Shown here piece after piece: positions 60,801-64,000 of a DNA stretch of 64,000 bases. The first letter of the stretch is position 1, and the number at the start of each line of letters is the position of its first letter. The stretch lies in sequence record OV876900; one strand, given 5' to 3'. The stretch comes from Escherichia phage UGKSEcP2. Below the pieces are notes generated by a model. The model did not search any database. It was not told the DNA's origin and saw nothing but the letters and a program-made list of their open reading frames with translations. Position numbers and translations under genes: made by a program.

Positions 60801-61734
60801 AGACACAACACGTTCTACTGTATTTGAAGTTAGTGATGAAACTTCTAGTCATTTTTATTCTCAGCGTAATAAAGCTGGTAATATAACATTTAATATCAAC
60901 GGTACAGTAACACCGATAAATGTGAATGCTTCAGGAACATTGAATGCGAATGGCGTTGCAACATTTGGTAATTCAGTCACTGCAACTGGTGAAATTATTT
61001 CTCGAAGCGCAAATGCTTTCCGTGCTATTAATGGAAATTACGGTTTCATTATTCGTAATGACGGGTCAGTAACGAATTTTATGCTTACTGCATCAGGCAA
61101 TCAAACTGGTGGATTTAATGGATTGCGTCCATTGTCCATTAATAATCAATCTGGGCAGGTCACAATTGGTGAAAGCTTGATCATTGCTAAAGGTGCTACT
61201 ATAAATTCAGGTGGTTTAACTGTTAACTCGAGAATTCGTTCTCAAGGTGTTAAAACATCTGATTTATATACCCGCGCGCCGACATCTGATACCGTAGGAT
61301 TCTGGTCAATCGATATTAATGATTCAGCCACTTATAACCAGTTCCCGGGTTATTTTAAAATGGTTGAAAAAACTAATGAAGTTACTGGACTTCCATACTT
61401 AGAACGTGGCGAAGAAGTTAAATCTCCTGGTACATTGACTCAGTTTGGTAACACACTTGATTCACTTTACCAAGATTGGATTACTTATCCAACGACTCCA
61501 GAAGCACGTACCACTCGCTGGACACGTACATGGCAAAAAACTAAAAACTCTTGGTCAAGTTTTGTTCAGGTATTTGATGGAGGTAACCCTCCTCAACCTT
61601 CGGATATAGGAGCAATTCCATCTGATAATGGAATAATAGGTAATCTTACTATTCGTGATTTCTTACGAATTGGTAATGTTCGCATTATTCCTGACCCAGT
61701 GAATAAAACTGTTAAATTTGAGTGGATTGAATAA
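57865..61734 (+). CDS. 34: long tail fibre proximal subunit gp34
   Basis: 1289 aa, T4 gp34 length; late promoter upstream. Confidence 0.95.
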   Translation: MAEIKRKFRAEDGLDAGGDKIINVALADRTVGTDGVNVDYLIQENTVQQYDPTRGYLKDFVIIYNNRFWAATDNIPKPAGSFNRIRWKALRTDAVYTTVSSGPYQLKSGEAISVDTSVGNDIEFTLPPSPLDGETVIIQDIGGKPGINQVKISSSNQSIVNFRGEQVRSVLMTHPKSQMIFIFNNRLWQMYVADYSREAAIVTPSTAYQAQSNDFIVRRFTSAAPINIKLPRFANHGDIINFVDLDKLNPLYHTIVTTYDETTSVQEVGTHSIEGRTSIDGFLMFDDSEKLWRLFDGDSKARLRIITTNSNIRPNEEVMVFGANNGTTQTIELQLPTNISVGDTVKISMNYMRKGQTVKIKAAGEDKIASSVQLLQFPKRSEYPPEAEWVTVQELVFNGETNYVPVLQLAYIEDSDGKYWVVQQNVPTVERVDSLNNSTRARLGVIALATQAQANVDLENSPQKELAITPETLANRTATETRRGIARIATTAQVNQNTTFSFADDLIITPKKLNERTATETRRGVAEIATQQETNAGTDDTTIITPKKLQARQGSESLSGIVTFVSTAGATPASSRELNGTNVYNKNTNNLVVSPKALDQYKATPTQQGAVILAVESEVIAGQSQEGWANAVVTPETLHKKTSTDGRIGLIEIATQSEVNTGTDYTRAVTPKTLNDRRATESLSGIAEIATQVEFDAGVDDTRISTPLKIKTRFNSTDRTSVVALSGLVESGTLWDHYTLNILEANETQRGTLRVATQVEAAAGKLDNVLITPKKLLGTKSTESQEGVIKVATQSETVTGTSANTAVSPKNLKWIVQSEPTWAATPAIRGFVKTSSGSITFVGNDTAGSTQDLELYEKNSYAVSPYELNRVLANYLPLKAKAADANLLDGLDSSQFIRRDIAQTVNGSLTLTKQTNLSAPLVSSSTATFGGSVSANSTLTISNTGTATQLIFEKGPQTGTNPTQTMTVKVWGNQFSGGSDTTRSTVFEVSDETSSHFYSQRNKAGNITFNINGTVTPINVNASGTLNANGVATFGNSVTATGEIISRSANAFRAINGNYGFIIRNDGSVTNFMLTASGNQTGGFNGLRPLSINNQSGQVTIGESLIIAKGATINSGGLTVNSRIRSQGVKTSDLYTRAPTSDTVGFWSIDINDSATYNQFPGYFKMVEKTNEVTGLPYLERGEEVKSPGTLTQFGNTLDSLYQDWITYPTTPEARTTRWTRTWQKTKNSWSSFVQVFDGGNPPQPSDIGAIPSDNGIIGNLTIRDFLRIGNVRIIPDPVNKTVKFEWIE

Positions 61735-61742
61735 GAGGTATT

Positions 61743-62858
61743 ATGGAAAAATTTATGGCAGAGTTTGGACAAGGATATGTCCAAACGCCATTTTTATCGG
61801 AAAGCAATTCAGTAAGATATAAAATAAGCATAGCGGGCTCTTGCCCGCTTTCTACTGCAGGGCCATATGTTAAATTTCAGGATAATCCCGTTGGAAATCA
61901 AACATTTAGTGCAGGTCTTCATTTAAGAGTTTTTGACCCTTCTACGGGAGCATTAGTTGATAGTAAGTCATATGCTTTTTCTGCTTCAAACAATACAACA
62001 TCTGCCGCTTTTGTCAGTTTTATGAATTCTTTGTCAAACAATAGACTTGTTGCTATATTAACTAGCGGAAAGGTTAATTTTCCTCCTGAAGTGGTATCTT
62101 GGTTAAGGGGAGCAGGAACTTCAGTTTTTCCATCAGATTCAGTATTGTCAAGATTTGACGTATCATATGCTGCTTTTTACACTTCTTCTAAAAGAGCTAT
62201 TGCATTAGAGCATGTTAAACTAAGTAATAGAAAAAGCACAGATGATTATCAAACTATTTTAGATGTTGTATTTGATAGTTTAGAAGACGTCGGAGCTACG
62301 GGATTTCCTAAAAGAACATATGAAAGTGTCGAGCAATTTATGTCAGCGGTTGGTGGAACTAACAACGAAATTGCGCGATTGCCAACTTCAGCTGCTATAA
62401 GTAAACTATCTGATTATAATTTAATTCCTGGTGATGTTCTTTATCTTAAAGCACAGTTATATGCTGATGCTGATTTACTTGATCTTGGAACTACAAATAT
62501 ATCTATCCGTTTTTATAATGCATCAAATGGATATATTTCTTCAACACAGGCTGAGTTTACTGGGCAAGCTGGGTCATGGGAATTAAAGGAAGATTATGTA
62601 GTTGTTCCTGAAAATGCAGTCGGATTTACTATATATGCGCAGAGAACTGCTCAAGCTGGTCAAGGCGGACTGAGGAATTTAAGCTTTTCTGAAGTATCAA
62701 GAAATGGCGGCATTTCAAAACCTGCCGAATTTGGCGTCAACGGTATTCGCGTTAATTATGTCTGTGAATCGGCTTCACCTCCAGATATAATGGTACTTCC
62801 TACACAAGCCTCTTCTAAAACTGGCAAAGTGTTTGGGCAAGAATTTAGAGAAGTTTAA
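61743..62858 (+). CDS. 35: long tail fibre hinge gp35
   Basis: 371 aa; synteny 34-35-36-37. Confidence 0.92.
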   Translation: MEKFMAEFGQGYVQTPFLSESNSVRYKISIAGSCPLSTAGPYVKFQDNPVGNQTFSAGLHLRVFDPSTGALVDSKSYAFSASNNTTSAAFVSFMNSLSNNRLVAILTSGKVNFPPEVVSWLRGAGTSVFPSDSVLSRFDVSYAAFYTSSKRAIALEHVKLSNRKSTDDYQTILDVVFDSLEDVGATGFPKRTYESVEQFMSAVGGTNNEIARLPTSAAISKLSDYNLIPGDVLYLKAQLYADADLLDLGTTNISIRFYNASNGYISSTQAEFTGQAGSWELKEDYVVVPENAVGFTIYAQRTAQAGQGGLRNLSFSEVSRNGGISKPAEFGVNGIRVNYVCESASPPDIMVLPTQASSKTGKVFGQEFREV

Positions 62859-62861
62859 ACT

Positions 62862-62890
62862 GAGGGAGCCTTCGGGTTCCCTTTTTCTTT
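62862..62890 (+). terminator. terminator after gene 35
   Basis: gggagcc-ttcg-ggttccc hairpin followed by tttttcttt. Confidence 0.65.
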
Positions 62891-62897
62891 ATAAATA
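62890..62897 (+). promoter_or_regulatory. late promoter TATAAATA for gene 36
   Basis: Exact TATAAATA 24 nt upstream of ATG. Confidence 0.6.
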
Positions 62898-62920
62898 ATA
62901 TTAAAATAAAGGGGCATATA

Positions 62921-63571
62921 ATGGCTGATTTAAAAGTAGGTTCAACTGTGGGTGGATCTGTCATTTGGCATCAAGGAAATTTTCCATTGAATTCAGCCGG
63001 TGACGATGTACTCTACAAATCATTTAAAATATATTCAGAATATAATAAACCACAGGCAGCTGATAACGATTTCGTTTCTAAAGCTAATGGTGGTACTTAT
63101 ACCGGTCCAATTACTATTAATTACGGGGTAAATAGTTATCTTCAATTAAGTAATAATGAAACCCCCATTCGAATTCGTTCTGGTGGCGGTACCGGCAATA
63201 CTCTTGTAGTTGGCGGCTCTTCTGGCGGTATTAGTTTTAGACCTGCAGGTAGTGAAATCACTATTGGACAAATTACTATTACGCCAGAAGGTTTGACAAC
63301 ATTTACCAGGGCTGTAACGGCTCCATCTGTAACTGTTACATCTACTCCTTCAGCAGCATCTGATGTTACTCGTAAAGATTATGTCGATGGAGCAATAAAT
63401 ACTGTTACGGCAAATGCGAATTCTAGAGTTTTGCGTAAAGGTGACACCATGACAGGTAATTTAACAGCGCCAAACTTTTTCTCGCAGAATCCTGCATCTC
63501 AACCCTCGCATGTTCCACGATTTGACCAAATCGTGATTAAGGATTCTGTTCAAGATTTCGGCTATTATTAA
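62921..63571 (+). CDS. 36: long tail fibre distal connector gp36
   Basis: 216 aa; TATAAATA upstream. Confidence 0.92.
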   Translation: MADLKVGSTVGGSVIWHQGNFPLNSAGDDVLYKSFKIYSEYNKPQAADNDFVSKANGGTYTGPITINYGVNSYLQLSNNETPIRIRSGGGTGNTLVVGGSSGGISFRPAGSEITIGQITITPEGLTTFTRAVTAPSVTVTSTPSAASDVTRKDYVDGAINTVTANANSRVLRKGDTMTGNLTAPNFFSQNPASQPSHVPRFDQIVIKDSVQDFGYY

Positions 63572-63579
63572 GAGGACTT

Positions 63580-64000
63580 ATGGCTACTTTAAAACAAATA
63601 CAATTTAAAAGAAGCAAAACTGCAGGTCAACGTCCTGCTGCTTCAGCATTAGCCGAAGGTGAATTGGCTATTAATTTAAAAGATAAAACAATTTTCACAA
63701 AAGATGACTCAGGCAGTGTTATAGAATTAGGTTTAAAATATGGAGGAACAATTGATGGTTCTTTAACTGTTAATGGAAATATAATTGGAAATTTAACAGG
63801 TAACGCTGCAACTGCAACGAAATTGCAAACACCTAGGAAAATTAACGGTATATCTTTTGATGGGTCAAAGGACATTACCTTAACTCCATCTGACATAAAT
63901 GTCAATAGCACAACATTTATAAAAAATAACGGCGAATTACCTGTTGACGCTAATTTAGATGAGTATGGACCCACTGAAGAGTATCTTGGTGTTTGGTCGA
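63580..64000 (+). CDS. 37: long tail fibre distal subunit gp37, 5' portion only (3' end beyond window)
   Basis: Frame open from ATG 63580 to window end; N-terminus [13 protein letters not shown]...AGQRPAA...[12 protein letters not shown]. Confidence 0.9.
   Translation, partial: MATLKQIQFKRSKTAGQRPAASALAEGELAINLKDKTIFTKDDSGSVIELGLKYGGTIDGSLTVNGNIIGNLTGNAATATKLQTPRKINGISFDGSKDITLTPSDINVNSTTFIKNNGELPVDANLDEYGPTEEYLGVWS

Overview
This window is a co-linear slice of a T4-like (T-even, Tequatrovirus-type) myovirus genome. The plus strand carries the late structural block: the 3' part of wac (fibritin), neck genes 13/14, 15, terminase 16/17, sheath 18, tube 19, portal 20, prohead core 67/68, protease 21, scaffold 22, major capsid 23 and vertex 24. 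It continues with rnlB-hoc-inh (minus), uvsW, uvsY, and the baseplate block 25, 26, 51, 27, 28, 29, 48, 54. A long minus-strand early/middle region follows: alt paralogs, DNA ligase 30, rIII, 31, cd, pseT, spanins, alc, rnlA, denA, nrdB, nrdA, td, frd, 32, 59, 33, dsbA, rnh. The window ends with long tail fibre genes 34-36 and the start of 37. Identifications rest on my recollection of T4 protein sequences, lengths and gene order; no database search was run. Several track ORFs start at TTG/GTG and I moved those starts to the downstream ATG with a Shine-Dalgarno. Regulatory signals are T4-typical: TATAAATA late promoters, GTTTAC-N17/18-TATAAT-type early promoters, a MotA-box middle promoter before uvsY, tetraloop hairpin terminators and the gene 32 leader pseudoknot. 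I did not find a clear, self-contained novel multi-gene system. The best candidates for something undescribed are a Hoc lengthened by a triplicated Ig-like module, two tandem full-length Alt-family ADP-ribosyltransferase paralogs, a 53-bp early promoter/leader cassette duplicated 15.5 kb apart, a small basic ORF wedged into the frd-td junction, and several small-ORF islands. Relative to T4 as I remember it, the seg homing-endonuclease genes and the td/nrdB introns appear absent. No tRNA, CRISPR or transposase-like element was seen.
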